From positions 1 to 54,828 of the IMG/VR virus record IMGVR_UViG_3300030108_000328: a stretch of DNA of 54,828 nucleotides, one strand, 5' to 3'. This document shows positions 1 to 8,922 of this stretch, piece by piece. The position numbers and the translations under genes were made by a program. The number at the start of each line of letters is the position of its first letter. Within the stretch, counting starts at the first letter, position 1. This DNA is from a virus. Lineage: Duplodnaviria > Caudoviricetes. Under the pieces are notes generated by a model, which saw nothing but the letters and a program-made list of their open reading frames with translations, made no database searches and had not been told where the DNA came from.

Positions 1-238
1 CTGCAGTAGGTGTAACACCTGTAGGTGGATCAGGTGCATCTAATCCATCAGTGCCTATAAAACCACCGTTATATCTGGGCATTATTAATTACCTTTAGTC
101 TACTAGAAGTTCGTAACTAACCAAGTATGTTAAATCACTGTTAGCAGAAGCTGTAACAGCGAGTAGATCTGTTTCGTCTAAATAAAATCCGTTGTCTTTA
201 CCTACAACAACTAGAGTTGCATCAGCAGGTACAGATAT
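1..238. repeat. Terminal overlap copy 1 (matches 54591-54828)
   Basis: Direct comparison: 230/238 identical, mismatches at 8, 18, 23, 71, 75, 133, 149, 173. Confidence 0.95.
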
Positions 239-457
239 TGTGTTAGCTATCTTAACATAGTTTGATCCGTTATCTACACTTACCTCAACGGTAATGTCAG
301 CAGCATTTGTACCATCTATGTTTGATATCATTAACGTGTTTATCTTTGCACAGTTTTCTGCAGGTACATCAACGATGTCTGCTCTACTTGTTGTCACTGC
401 ACCAACTGCTACCTTTGGAGTAATAGTCGCTACATTAATTATATTTGGGGTTGCCAT
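95..457 (-). CDS. Small beta-rich virion protein, probable tail-fibre distal adaptor
   Basis: 120 aa, beta-strand pattern; lies between the long fibre and (across the junction) the putative receptor-binding genes. Confidence 0.6.
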   Translation of the reverse strand: MATPNIINVATITPKVAVGAVTTSRADIVDVPAENCAKINTLMISNIDGTNAADITVEVSVDNGSNYVKIANTISVPADATLVVVGKDNGFYLDETDLLAVTASANSDLTYLVSYELLVD

Positions 458-471
458 TTACTTTTACCTTT

Positions 472-3306
472 CTATCCAAATACTATTGCCATAGCAATGG
501 CAAATCCTTTAGTGGCAGCACTACCTGCAGCGTAAGTTTTTACATCTGACGCAGGAATAGTTTTCATTGTTCCACCGTCATTAACTACAAAACCGTCAGC
601 ATCTGCCAATGTTATTGAACCACCAACAGAGGTATCACCATCTAGTAAGTTTAGTTCTGACGCTGTTGCTGTAACACCGTCAAGTATGTTTAACTCTGCT
701 GCTGTAGAAGTTACACCGTCAAGTATATTTAGTTCTGCTGCTGTTGAAGTTATAGCAGTTCCGTTTATAGCTAGTTTATCTGTGACAACGTTAAACGTAC
801 CATTGTCTTCTATCCTAGCTACCTCTGTACCATCTCTTTGTTGAAAGATAATATCTTTAGCATCTACGACAGGTCTAATAATTACATCACTAGATGAGTT
901 AGTGATTCTAAGTATCTCTGTGCCACCATCTTGAAACTTAAAGTCACCACCGTCTGCGTCTAAGATAATATCCCCTGCAACATCTACTGTCAAGTCTCCA
1001 GAGCTAAGATCTATCTCTGTTCCATCAATAGTAATATTATCTATTACCACACCTGCGTTAGCAGTAACTACACCAGTAACACCTAGAGTAGATGCCATAT
1101 CAACTGCACCGTCAATATCAACAACATCTAAGTTAGTTGTACCATCTACATCAATGTCACCACTAATATCTAGAGAAGCAGCTATAAGTTGATCAACTTG
1201 TAAATCCTCATGGGATGAACCTAACTTCAACTCAAACTTTGGACCTGTAGTGTTATAGGTAAACGTAGCATCGTCACCACTACCACCCTCTATTGTAATA
1301 CCTGCACCGTTGATTACAGCAGATGTGCTGTTACCACTATCAAGAACAATGTTGTGATCGTTAAGATTTACAGTAGTAGAATTTACCGTTGTAGTTGTAC
1401 CTGATACAGTCAAATCACCTGTAACTGTAAGGTTGTCTGCTACTGTAACCTCTGAGGTACTGTGACCTAACGTAATAGCTGTACCAGATATACCTGTGCC
1501 GATAGAGACAGACTCACTGCTGTTAGCTGTATCAATTATAAGATAGGCATCTGAGCCTTGTTTAATTGTAAGTGCAGTAGCTGAGTTATCTGATACAGCA
1601 ACGTTAATGTCTGTGGCGTCAGCACTGATAGAGTCTAAAGCAATGTCACCAACGTTAGTAATGTCGTTGTCACCAAAGCTAGTAGCACCCATTGTTTTGT
1701 TTGTAAGTGTTTGTGTTGCTGTAGTACCAACAATCTCTTGATCACCACCAGGAGGAAGAGTTAATACGTTAGTAACAGAAGCTGAGTGTGGTTGTGACTT
1801 AACTGTTTGACCATGAGAGTTAGACTCACAGTTAAATACTACAGTACCAGGATTAGTATTACCCTTTACGACTACTTTACCTGTACCGTTAGGTGCAAGA
1901 TCAATATCAGCATTTGACGTAGTAACAATATCCTGACCGTTCATATCAAGGTTGCCACCTAACTGTGGAGTGCTATCCTCTACTACGTTAGATATAGCAG
2001 CACCACTAACAGCAAGACCAGAAACTATCGTGCTACGAGTGATCTTTTTAAGACCACCACCAGAAGTATCTACAGCAAGAAACACGTCATCGTTAGCAAC
2101 CGTACTAATCTCAGATAAGTCACCTACACCAGTAGGGTTAAAGTTTGTACCATCTGCAATAAGTAGATGTCCTGAAGTGTTGGTAGCCATAGTGAGATCA
2201 TCACCGCTAATAGTAAGATCACCACCTACAACTACGTCACCGTTAAACGTAGCCTTACCTGCAAGAGCCATGTCAATGTCAAGAGCAGTGATAGCACTAG
2301 AGCTATCTGTACCCTTAACGGTAAAGTTCTTATCTGCTGTGCTTACTGTAAATACTGCGTCACCAGAGTCATGTTTAAACTCAAGTATTGATGTTCCAGA
2401 AGATTTAAAAAATACCTCATTTCCTGCAGCATCTAATATGATGTCACCACCTGAGTCTAGTGTAATATCAGTTCCATCGTTAGTAATAGTGTCAAGAGCA
2501 ATACTACCAACATTTGTAATATCAGCATCTCCAAAAGAGGTAGCACCTAATGTAGTAGAACCAGATACAGTTAAGGCATCAACACTAGCCGTATCAATAT
2601 AAGCTGTGCCATCTATGTATAAATCTTTAAACTCAAAAGAGCTAGAACCTAAATCTACATCATCATCTGTTGTAGGTAGTATTGACCCATTGTTAAAAGT
2701 AATCTGTGTCTCACCACCTGCAGTAATTGTAATTACATCAGATCCACTAAATGCTATGCTTGTGTTAGAGTCAGCATCACCTGCAATACTATCTAGTTGT
2801 ACTGCACCTACGTTTGATAAAGCAGCATCACCAAAGTCTACAGCACCTGCAACAGTAAGTGTTCCTGATACATCTACATTACCATTGATGTCTACTGTTG
2901 TGGCAGCAATCTGTATTTCTGTATCTGCAACAAGATCAAGCTGACCATCTGCACTAGAGTTAATATAGATAGCTGTATCACGAAACTGTAACTTTTCTGT
3001 AGAGGCAATAAGAATATCATCAGAGAACTCAAAGTAGTCTTCGTCTTCCATCCATTTAAGTTCACCGTCATTAGTCTCACCATCAAAGGTTACTGTAATA
3101 TCAGTGCCTGATGTGCCATCACCAATGGTAATACCTGTGCCTAATAGCTTAGTAATAGGTCCACCTTCTGCAGCAGTACCATCGTGAGTGTGTCCTGTAC
3201 TTGCTGCAAACGCAGCTAAGAGTTGATCATATTCATTGTTGAACAGATCAGCAGTAATAACATCACCGTCTGTAAAACTGGATTGTCTCGTGTATGTATT
3301 ACCCAT
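472..3306 (-). CDS. Long tail fibre protein
   Basis: 944 aa G/D/T/S-rich, internally repeated modules, AELNILDG repeats, C-terminal AIAMAIVFG; follows the nozzle gene. Confidence 0.8.
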   Translation of the reverse strand: MGNTYTRQSSFTDGDVITADLFNNEYDQLLAAFAASTGHTHDGTAAEGGPITKLLGTGITIGDGTSGTDITVTFDGETNDGELKWMEDEDYFEFSDDILIASTEKLQFRDTAIYINSSADGQLDLVADTEIQIAATTVDINGNVDVSGTLTVAGAVDFGDAALSNVGAVQLDSIAGDADSNTSIAFSGSDVITITAGGETQITFNNGSILPTTDDDVDLGSSSFEFKDLYIDGTAYIDTASVDALTVSGSTTLGATSFGDADITNVGSIALDTITNDGTDITLDSGGDIILDAAGNEVFFKSSGTSILEFKHDSGDAVFTVSTADKNFTVKGTDSSSAITALDIDMALAGKATFNGDVVVGGDLTISGDDLTMATNTSGHLLIADGTNFNPTGVGDLSEISTVANDDVFLAVDTSGGGLKKITRSTIVSGLAVSGAAISNVVEDSTPQLGGNLDMNGQDIVTTSNADIDLAPNGTGKVVVKGNTNPGTVVFNCESNSHGQTVKSQPHSASVTNVLTLPPGGDQEIVGTTATQTLTNKTMGATSFGDNDITNVGDIALDSISADATDINVAVSDNSATALTIKQGSDAYLIIDTANSSESVSIGTGISGTAITLGHSTSEVTVADNLTVTGDLTVSGTTTTVNSTTVNLNDHNIVLDSGNSTSAVINGAGITIEGGSGDDATFTYNTTGPKFELKLGSSHEDLQVDQLIAASLDISGDIDVDGTTNLDVVDIDGAVDMASTLGVTGVVTANAGVVIDNITIDGTEIDLSSGDLTVDVAGDIILDADGGDFKFQDGGTEILRITNSSSDVIIRPVVDAKDIIFQQRDGTEVARIEDNGTFNVVTDKLAINGTAITSTAAELNILDGVTSTAAELNILDGVTATASELNLLDGDTSVGGSITLADADGFVVNDGGTMKTIPASDVKTYAAGSAATKGFAIAMAIVFG
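640..752 (-). repeat. Three ~39-bp tandem coding repeats (TSTAAELNILDGV)
   Basis: Visible in translation and DNA. Confidence 0.85.
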
Positions 3307-5046
3307 CTAACGTCTTGCTCCTACTTGATATTCTAATTGAAACCCTTTTAGGGAATATGGTGCTGTTTCCCCACCATCTTTAATTCTTAACGCTACAGAA
3401 AAACCTGATCCTTCTACTGACTGTCTTACAAGTGGCTGTGAAGGACCACCAAAAACAAACTGTGCAGCACTACTAGTTGTACTAAAAGTTGCAGAACCAA
3501 ACTGTGCCGCAACTTGAGAACTATCTAAAGGATATGCTGCAGGTCTTGCAGAGTCAGAAGCCTCGTTGTCGTAACGAACAAATAGATCTGCATCTATAGC
3601 TGACTCAGGTTTAAAGTTAAGGATAACTCTTTGCATGTGTTTTCTAACACCAGTATCTCCAAAACTTAAATCGGGACTTCTATATCTTGCTAATATTGCT
3701 GTGCCATCAAAGGTATTACCTGCTTCTTGTCTGTGGATGTAACCTGAAAAGTCACCATGTATAACTCTTACATCTCCATCAACAACTAAAGCATCTGTAG
3801 CTGCAGGTTTTACTCCACGTATTTCCGCAAACTCAAATTTGTCTGCTCTTCTAACACAGATGATACCTCTTGTTAAATTTTCACCTTGTCCTGCTTTTGA
3901 AAAGAATATTCTATATTGTGTTTTGTCTGGAATAACTACACTATCAAATACTGTAGAGTCTTTAATGTTAGCATCAAAAATAGACTGTACGTTTTGCGTA
4001 ATAGCACCAAGAGCCGTATCACCAATTCTTGCAGTAGCAGCAACAGTTCTGAGTCCATCAGGACCAAGGAATAACAAGTCACCTGCAAATTCCTGTATCG
4101 TGTCTCTATTTACACAACCAATATCTCTGGTGACTGGTTGTATAGCAAAGTCACTAAGAGTAGATCCTGTCATTTTAAATATTCTGTTTTCACAAAATAT
4201 AAATAAAGAATCCCTAAATACTTTTAGACCAACGATGTTATCATCTACTTTAATAGTTCCTGCACCGTCACCTGACTGAAAACCATCTTCATCAAAAGGT
4301 TCACTAAATACTAAGGTCTGTGGTGTAGTAGACTTACCTGCATAAAACATATGAGATTTAAAAGCTACAACTATTGTAGAACCTGCTACAGAACTCTCAC
4401 TAACATCTGTTGCTGATAAAGAAGAATTAAATATAGTTGGAGCATTTGTACCATCAACAACTATAATCTTTTCGTTACCATCAAAGTTGTATCTTTCAAA
4501 ACTATATTTACCTGCACTAGTTCTACCAGTATCTCTTTCAGTCCAAGACTCTGATACCACATCGTCAAGAGCATGATTGGCAGCAGTTGTACTTGTAGCA
4601 GCACGAGTTACACCTGTAAAAGTAGTAGAGGTAACACCAGTATAAGTAAACAACTCATCGTTGATCTGTAGTGTTCCACTAGAAGAAAATCCTGTTGTAG
4701 AGTCTACAGTTATAGTTCCAGAACCTGTCATACCTGTAGTAGAAACAATTTTAACTGCAAGCTCAGTAGATGCAGAACTAAATATCTTCTCACCTCTAGC
4801 TGCTAATACTTTATCTGCAAAGTTAGCAACCATTAATATTTTTTCACTAGCGTCAGATGTTTGGGGTACTTGTTGATTTACGTATTTACGAAAACCGTTT
4901 ATTCTCCTGTAACCACCCTCAATGTCAGGCTCAAAGTTTTCTAGTTCTAATGCTTCTCCTGGTTGCATTAAGAAAGTAGAACGATTTAAAACTAAGCCAC
5001 CCTCACAGTTAAATGCTGCAGGTTGTGCTTGAGATAGATCTGGCAT
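3307..5046 (-). CDS. Tail nozzle / tail tubular protein B-like
   Basis: 579 aa, propeller-like pattern (DIGCV...IQEF...LLFLGPDGLR); position after adaptor gene. Confidence 0.7.
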   Translation of the reverse strand: MPDLSQAQPAAFNCEGGLVLNRSTFLMQPGEALELENFEPDIEGGYRRINGFRKYVNQQVPQTSDASEKILMVANFADKVLAARGEKIFSSASTELAVKIVSTTGMTGSGTITVDSTTGFSSSGTLQINDELFTYTGVTSTTFTGVTRAATSTTAANHALDDVVSESWTERDTGRTSAGKYSFERYNFDGNEKIIVVDGTNAPTIFNSSLSATDVSESSVAGSTIVVAFKSHMFYAGKSTTPQTLVFSEPFDEDGFQSGDGAGTIKVDDNIVGLKVFRDSLFIFCENRIFKMTGSTLSDFAIQPVTRDIGCVNRDTIQEFAGDLLFLGPDGLRTVAATARIGDTALGAITQNVQSIFDANIKDSTVFDSVVIPDKTQYRIFFSKAGQGENLTRGIICVRRADKFEFAEIRGVKPAATDALVVDGDVRVIHGDFSGYIHRQEAGNTFDGTAILARYRSPDLSFGDTGVRKHMQRVILNFKPESAIDADLFVRYDNEASDSARPAAYPLDSSQVAAQFGSATFSTTSSAAQFVFGGPSQPLVRQSVEGSGFSVALRIKDGGETAPYSLKGFQLEYQVGARR

Positions 5047-5990
5047 TAGGAAACAACTCCACCCATAAAGTTAGCAGAACCTCTAGGGGCAATAATAACT
5101 GTAGATCGTACATACTCATATTTGTTAATAAGTAAGCTTTGCATATTTTTAATACCTTGCTCAAATCTAGCAAAGTTTAATTGATACTGTTGTGTTTCAC
5201 CACGATACTGATAAACAAAAGCAGCAGCCCCATCTACAATTACAGGTGCAAATCTGTCTGGAACACTTGTGGTATCTCCATGTGCTGATAGATCGGATGG
5301 AAATGTAAAGTAGTCAAAGATAAGTGTGTATTGTTTGTCTGGGTAAGGGTACAACAAGTAATTATTGTCGGGGGTTCTAACTATGTTTCTAGGAACACCA
5401 CCGCCATCAAACTGTGTTACTGTAGTACTATTTGCTATTGCTGCTGCTGTAGTACTATTTGCACCTCTGGTACATCCTGTAAAATCGTTACCCGATATAC
5501 CTGTGTAAGTTATTTGTTCTCCACCTATGTACAGAGTTCCTGTTGAACTAAAGTCTGTTGTAGATGCAACAGTTATTGTTGTTACGGATGCAGACAACCC
5601 ATCTGTTGCGTTAACGGTTGTTGTTTTAACTTGATCTTCTTCGTTAGGATAACCTTTTTCTATGTACTCGTTATAGTTAAGAAGTACTAAATTATTTCCT
5701 GCAGCGTTGACATCATCATCTTTTTTAATTCTGGCAGTAGCGTAGTCTATTGATTTAGTATCTGTTGGTGCAGTGTATCTACACACACCTGGAGTTAGAG
5801 TAGAAGTATTCTGTGCATGGTTAAAAGAATATCCAAACTCTCTTTGATTTATATATCTTATAGCTTCATTGACAGCGTTTTGACACTGTACTTGAACACC
5901 CCTAGCGTTAGCAAAAGTAGTGGAAGTAAGCGTTACTTCATTCATTCTTGTAATTACATCGTTAGTTAACGAGAGAAATGTCAAAGCCAT
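5046..5990 (-). CDS. Head-tail adaptor / tail tubular protein A-like
   Basis: N-terminal TFLSLTNDVITRMNE...AVNEAIRYIN, YPYPDKQY motif; position after the capsid genes. Confidence 0.7.
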   Translation of the reverse strand: MALTFLSLTNDVITRMNEVTLTSTTFANARGVQVQCQNAVNEAIRYINQREFGYSFNHAQNTSTLTPGVCRYTAPTDTKSIDYATARIKKDDDVNAAGNNLVLLNYNEYIEKGYPNEEDQVKTTTVNATDGLSASVTTITVASTTDFSSTGTLYIGGEQITYTGISGNDFTGCTRGANSTTAAAIANSTTVTQFDGGGVPRNIVRTPDNNYLLYPYPDKQYTLIFDYFTFPSDLSAHGDTTSVPDRFAPVIVDGAAAFVYQYRGETQQYQLNFARFEQGIKNMQSLLINKYEYVRSTVIIAPRGSANFMGGVVS

Positions 5991-6010
5991 ATTTTTTCCT
6001 TAGATAAGCT

Positions 6011-6036
6011 AAAGGGGCCAACCTAAGTCAGCCCCT
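6011..6036 (-). terminator. Intrinsic terminator after capsid operon
   Basis: AGGGGCUGAC-UUAG-GUUGGCCCCU hairpin followed by short U run. Confidence 0.75.
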
Positions 6037-6045
6037 AAAGTTGCT

Positions 6046-6582
6046 TTATGCTAGTAGATCACGATCTACTTCATTAGCAGATGTGGACTGTGTTATATCA
6101 TCCATCATTACGCATACAGCGTACACACGAATAATACCACCAGTTATAGTTCCACCTGACGCATGAATCTCTACGTCAATAGTGTCTGCTGATGCAGTAA
6201 ACACTGGTAAGTTGGAACATACACCTGAAGATGTAATAGCAGGAGTGTGATCTCCTACTGATGCACCGTCTAGGTCAAATGCCGTAGCAAAAATGTCTAC
6301 GTCTGTTCCTGTGATACCTACGTGGATCGAAGAGTCTGTAGTAGTACCTGCCATTGCAGTTACAACTTCAAAACCTGCGTGTAGGATCAAAGTGTTTGCA
6401 GGGACAGCAATAGCTTCAATGATATCATTGGCTGCTAGTGCAGTACCACCGTTTTGTAATATAGCATCTGCAAGATCGATGTCGTTTTGCAAAGTAACTA
6501 AGCTGCCACGAAGCTGCTTATTGCCAGTACCGCCATTGTTGGAAGTAGAGGCTGAGTTCGTGCTCATTGTAATAGTAGCCAT
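6046..6582 (-). CDS. Putative capsid decoration / minor capsid protein
   Basis: 178 aa beta-sandwich-like, directly after MCP and before the terminator. Confidence 0.55.
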   Translation of the reverse strand: MATITMSTNSASTSNNGGTGNKQLRGSLVTLQNDIDLADAILQNGGTALAANDIIEAIAVPANTLILHAGFEVVTAMAGTTTDSSIHVGITGTDVDIFATAFDLDGASVGDHTPAITSSGVCSNLPVFTASADTIDVEIHASGGTITGGIIRVYAVCVMMDDITQSTSANEVDRDLLA

Positions 6583-6598
6583 TATTCAATCTCCCTTC

Positions 6599-7672
6599 TT
6601 ACGCTGCGTTGTATTTAGCAGTTACGATTGCTTCTGGACGAAGAATCTTCCTACCATATAGATGCATACCACGAACAATGTCAGCAAAGCTGTCAGGGTC
6701 ACGATATGTTTCTGTCTTGTTGATCTGCTCTGCAGTTGCTACAGCAGAATCATGTCCAGCAACAATCACACCAAAGTTTGCATTTTGGTTTGCTGATCCT
6801 GTTGTACCTGGGCCTGTACCTACAGCAGGTAGGTTTGAGGACACGTACAAACGGAAGCCATGAAAGTTGTTGATTACAAGACCGTTACGAAGTCCACCAG
6901 ACTCACCGTAGTCTCCATTCATGAAGCGGCTGTCTTCGTCTGATAGGATTTCCATGAACACTGGGTCAATTACGAGCCAACGTCCTTGTGTATCAACTTG
7001 TTGTTGATCAAGCAATCTTTTCATTCTTGCAACAACCATTGCAGGTGAAGCTGTAGCTGTTGGCAAAGCAGTTGCACCTGGTAAACGTGCTACGACAGGA
7101 ATTGAGTGATCTCCTGCAGAGCTTGTTGTGATGTTACCGAATGAATCCTTACGGAGTTTCATGCTTGTAAGCAATTCGTCTGAACCTGCAGTAGTCACAG
7201 CTTTTGAACCGTTTACACTGTCATTAACTGTGTCTGCTTGTGCATGTAGAGAAGTTTGCTTATAACCTGACATATAGCCAAGAACTTCTTGGTCATACTG
7301 ATCAGCTAGTCTGTAAGCTGCACGATCTGTTGCAAGTTGCATGAAGTTCACATGTGAGTGAGCTTCTTCAATATCGTCCATCTTAAAAGCAAAGTAGTTG
7401 CTCTTGTCTACGACTAACTGAAAATCTTCATCGTCAAGGTCTTGTGCTGTGACTGTTGTGCCACGAGCATAAGATTGAACTGAGATTTCAGGCTCCTTGA
7501 TAATACGCACAGTATCACCTTGTGCGCTGATCTCTCCGAAATAATCGGAGTTAGTTATGTCTCCTACGGTAGCAGATTTGCGGAACGCAAGCTGTACCTT
7601 CTTGGAGTAGATTATAGGACTAAAATTACCGTTAGGTAGATTCCCATAACCCGATGCGGTTGTAAAAGCCAT
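6599..7672 (-). CDS. Major capsid protein (HK97 fold, P22 gp5-like)
   Basis: NFSPIIYSKKV...GDTVRI...DIVRGMHLYGRKILRPEA; GGAGG SD favours start at 7672 over 7687. Confidence 0.92.
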   Translation of the reverse strand: MAFTTASGYGNLPNGNFSPIIYSKKVQLAFRKSATVGDITNSDYFGEISAQGDTVRIIKEPEISVQSYARGTTVTAQDLDDEDFQLVVDKSNYFAFKMDDIEEAHSHVNFMQLATDRAAYRLADQYDQEVLGYMSGYKQTSLHAQADTVNDSVNGSKAVTTAGSDELLTSMKLRKDSFGNITTSSAGDHSIPVVARLPGATALPTATASPAMVVARMKRLLDQQQVDTQGRWLVIDPVFMEILSDEDSRFMNGDYGESGGLRNGLVINNFHGFRLYVSSNLPAVGTGPGTTGSANQNANFGVIVAGHDSAVATAEQINKTETYRDPDSFADIVRGMHLYGRKILRPEAIVTAKYNAA

Positions 7673-7723
7673 TGTTAAATCCTCCATGATATTTGGCTTT
7701 GGGAATAAAGCTTAAACACCTGA

Positions 7724-7878
7724 AAGAGGCTGTACGTTTTCTAGGGTGCAGAAAGTACTAGGTTGCGCTACCTAATACCACTGGGCCTATACTTGTCCAG
7801 GTAGTTCTTTGTAGTTTAGACTTTTGGGTTAAATGTATCTCTGAAGGTGGTCCTTTACGGAGGCTTCAAGTCAGATAC
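7724..7878 (-). promoter_or_regulatory. Structured 5' leader RNA of capsid gene
   Basis: Nested stems found by hand, three with C(Y)AC/CC internal loops. Confidence 0.65.
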
Positions 7879-7883
7879 GAGTA

Positions 7884-7911
7884 GTTATATAGATGACTTT
7901 AAATATGTCAA
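7884..7911 (-). promoter_or_regulatory. Sigma70-type promoter for capsid gene
   Basis: TTGACA-N16-TATAAC(TA). Confidence 0.7.
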
Positions 7912-7915
7912 CTAA

Positions 7916-8866
7916 TTATCTTGCAGAACCAGACATGTCATAAACAAATTTACCGTTACGGATAGCTTCGTTTATTTTGTCCTGCATTTCCTCAAACTCC
8001 TTGTTAGACATTTTGGCTACATCAGACTCTTTTATTTGTCCTTGTACACCCTCTGCGTCTACAGAAGTACGAGTTCCTTTAGCAACAGTAGATGCTGCAG
8101 CTTTCTTAGATTTCTTTTTAGCTGCTACGGTCATACCGTTGTCAATCTTGTATAGATCTATCACACGTACAACTGAGGCAGGATCATCCATGTTTTCATA
8201 GAGTGCATCCTTAACCCACTTGGGTTGTTCATCTGCCCAGTTATGAAACTTATCTGACTGTCTTAGTTCATCAAAGTCTTCGTGAGTCTTACGAATAACA
8301 TTCTCTGCTTTTACTCTTTGAGCTTCAGAATGTGCTTCATCTAATTCTTGTAGACGTGTCTCAGCTTTGTTAAACATCTCTTGAGCTTTCTTAGCTGCAA
8401 TTGTTTCAACAATACCTGCTACGTCTGGGTATTCTTGCGCCCACTTTTCTATGTCCTCATCAGACTTAGGAGGAACGATACCCTCGTGTTTACTCTTTTT
8501 CTCTAGAGCGTTAAACTTTTCTTGCCACTCTTTTTCTTTAGCAGCTAAGTGTTTGCGAATATCACCATAGCGTTTTTTAAAAGACTTCTCTTCAGCATCT
8601 AACTCGCTGTCATCGTCTTCCTGTGCTTTGGTTTCCTCTGGGGTTTCTTCTTGTTTGGAATCATCTGAGGCTTGAACTTCGGTGTTCTCAGTATCCTCGC
8701 TACTGGATTCCTCTTGTTCTTCGACTGTTTCACCACGAGCCTCTGCTTCTAGTCGGGCAATCTCTGCCTCTGCTTCTTCCATCTGTTTTTGTTTTTTAGC
8801 GTGGTTAAATCCACGATCTACAAAACCTGCTATTTTAGGTTTTTCCATTGCAGTTAGTTCAGGCAT
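7916..8866 (-). CDS. Capsid scaffolding protein
   Basis: Acidic coiled-coil, FKKRYGD motif, C-terminal helix (INEAIRNGKF); immediately upstream of MCP. Confidence 0.8.
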   Translation of the reverse strand: MPELTAMEKPKIAGFVDRGFNHAKKQKQMEEAEAEIARLEAEARGETVEEQEESSSEDTENTEVQASDDSKQEETPEETKAQEDDDSELDAEEKSFKKRYGDIRKHLAAKEKEWQEKFNALEKKSKHEGIVPPKSDEDIEKWAQEYPDVAGIVETIAAKKAQEMFNKAETRLQELDEAHSEAQRVKAENVIRKTHEDFDELRQSDKFHNWADEQPKWVKDALYENMDDPASVVRVIDLYKIDNGMTVAAKKKSKKAAASTVAKGTRTSVDAEGVQGQIKESDVAKMSNKEFEEMQDKINEAIRNGKFVYDMSGSAR

Positions 8867-8886
8867 TTAAAGTTCTCCTTTATGTT

Positions 8887-8913
8887 GGGGCCAGGAACCA
8901 TTCCTGGGTAGCC
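8887..8913 (-). promoter_or_regulatory. Hairpin in scaffold leader next to the SD
   Basis: GG-CUAC-CCAGGAA/UGG/UUCCUGG-CC-CC just upstream of AAGGAG. Confidence 0.6.
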
Positions 8914-8922
8914 TTATAGTTA

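Noticed and set aside
1-238. Biological direct terminal repeat
   Set aside because: Imperfect and cuts through two tail genes; better explained as assembly overlap. True ends more likely lie in 22.7-23.7 kb.
1952-2944. Long + strand ORFs opposite structural genes (also 3839-4279, 8933-9448, 44692-45162 etc.)
   Set aside because: Antisense shadows of well-supported - strand genes; no recognisable motifs
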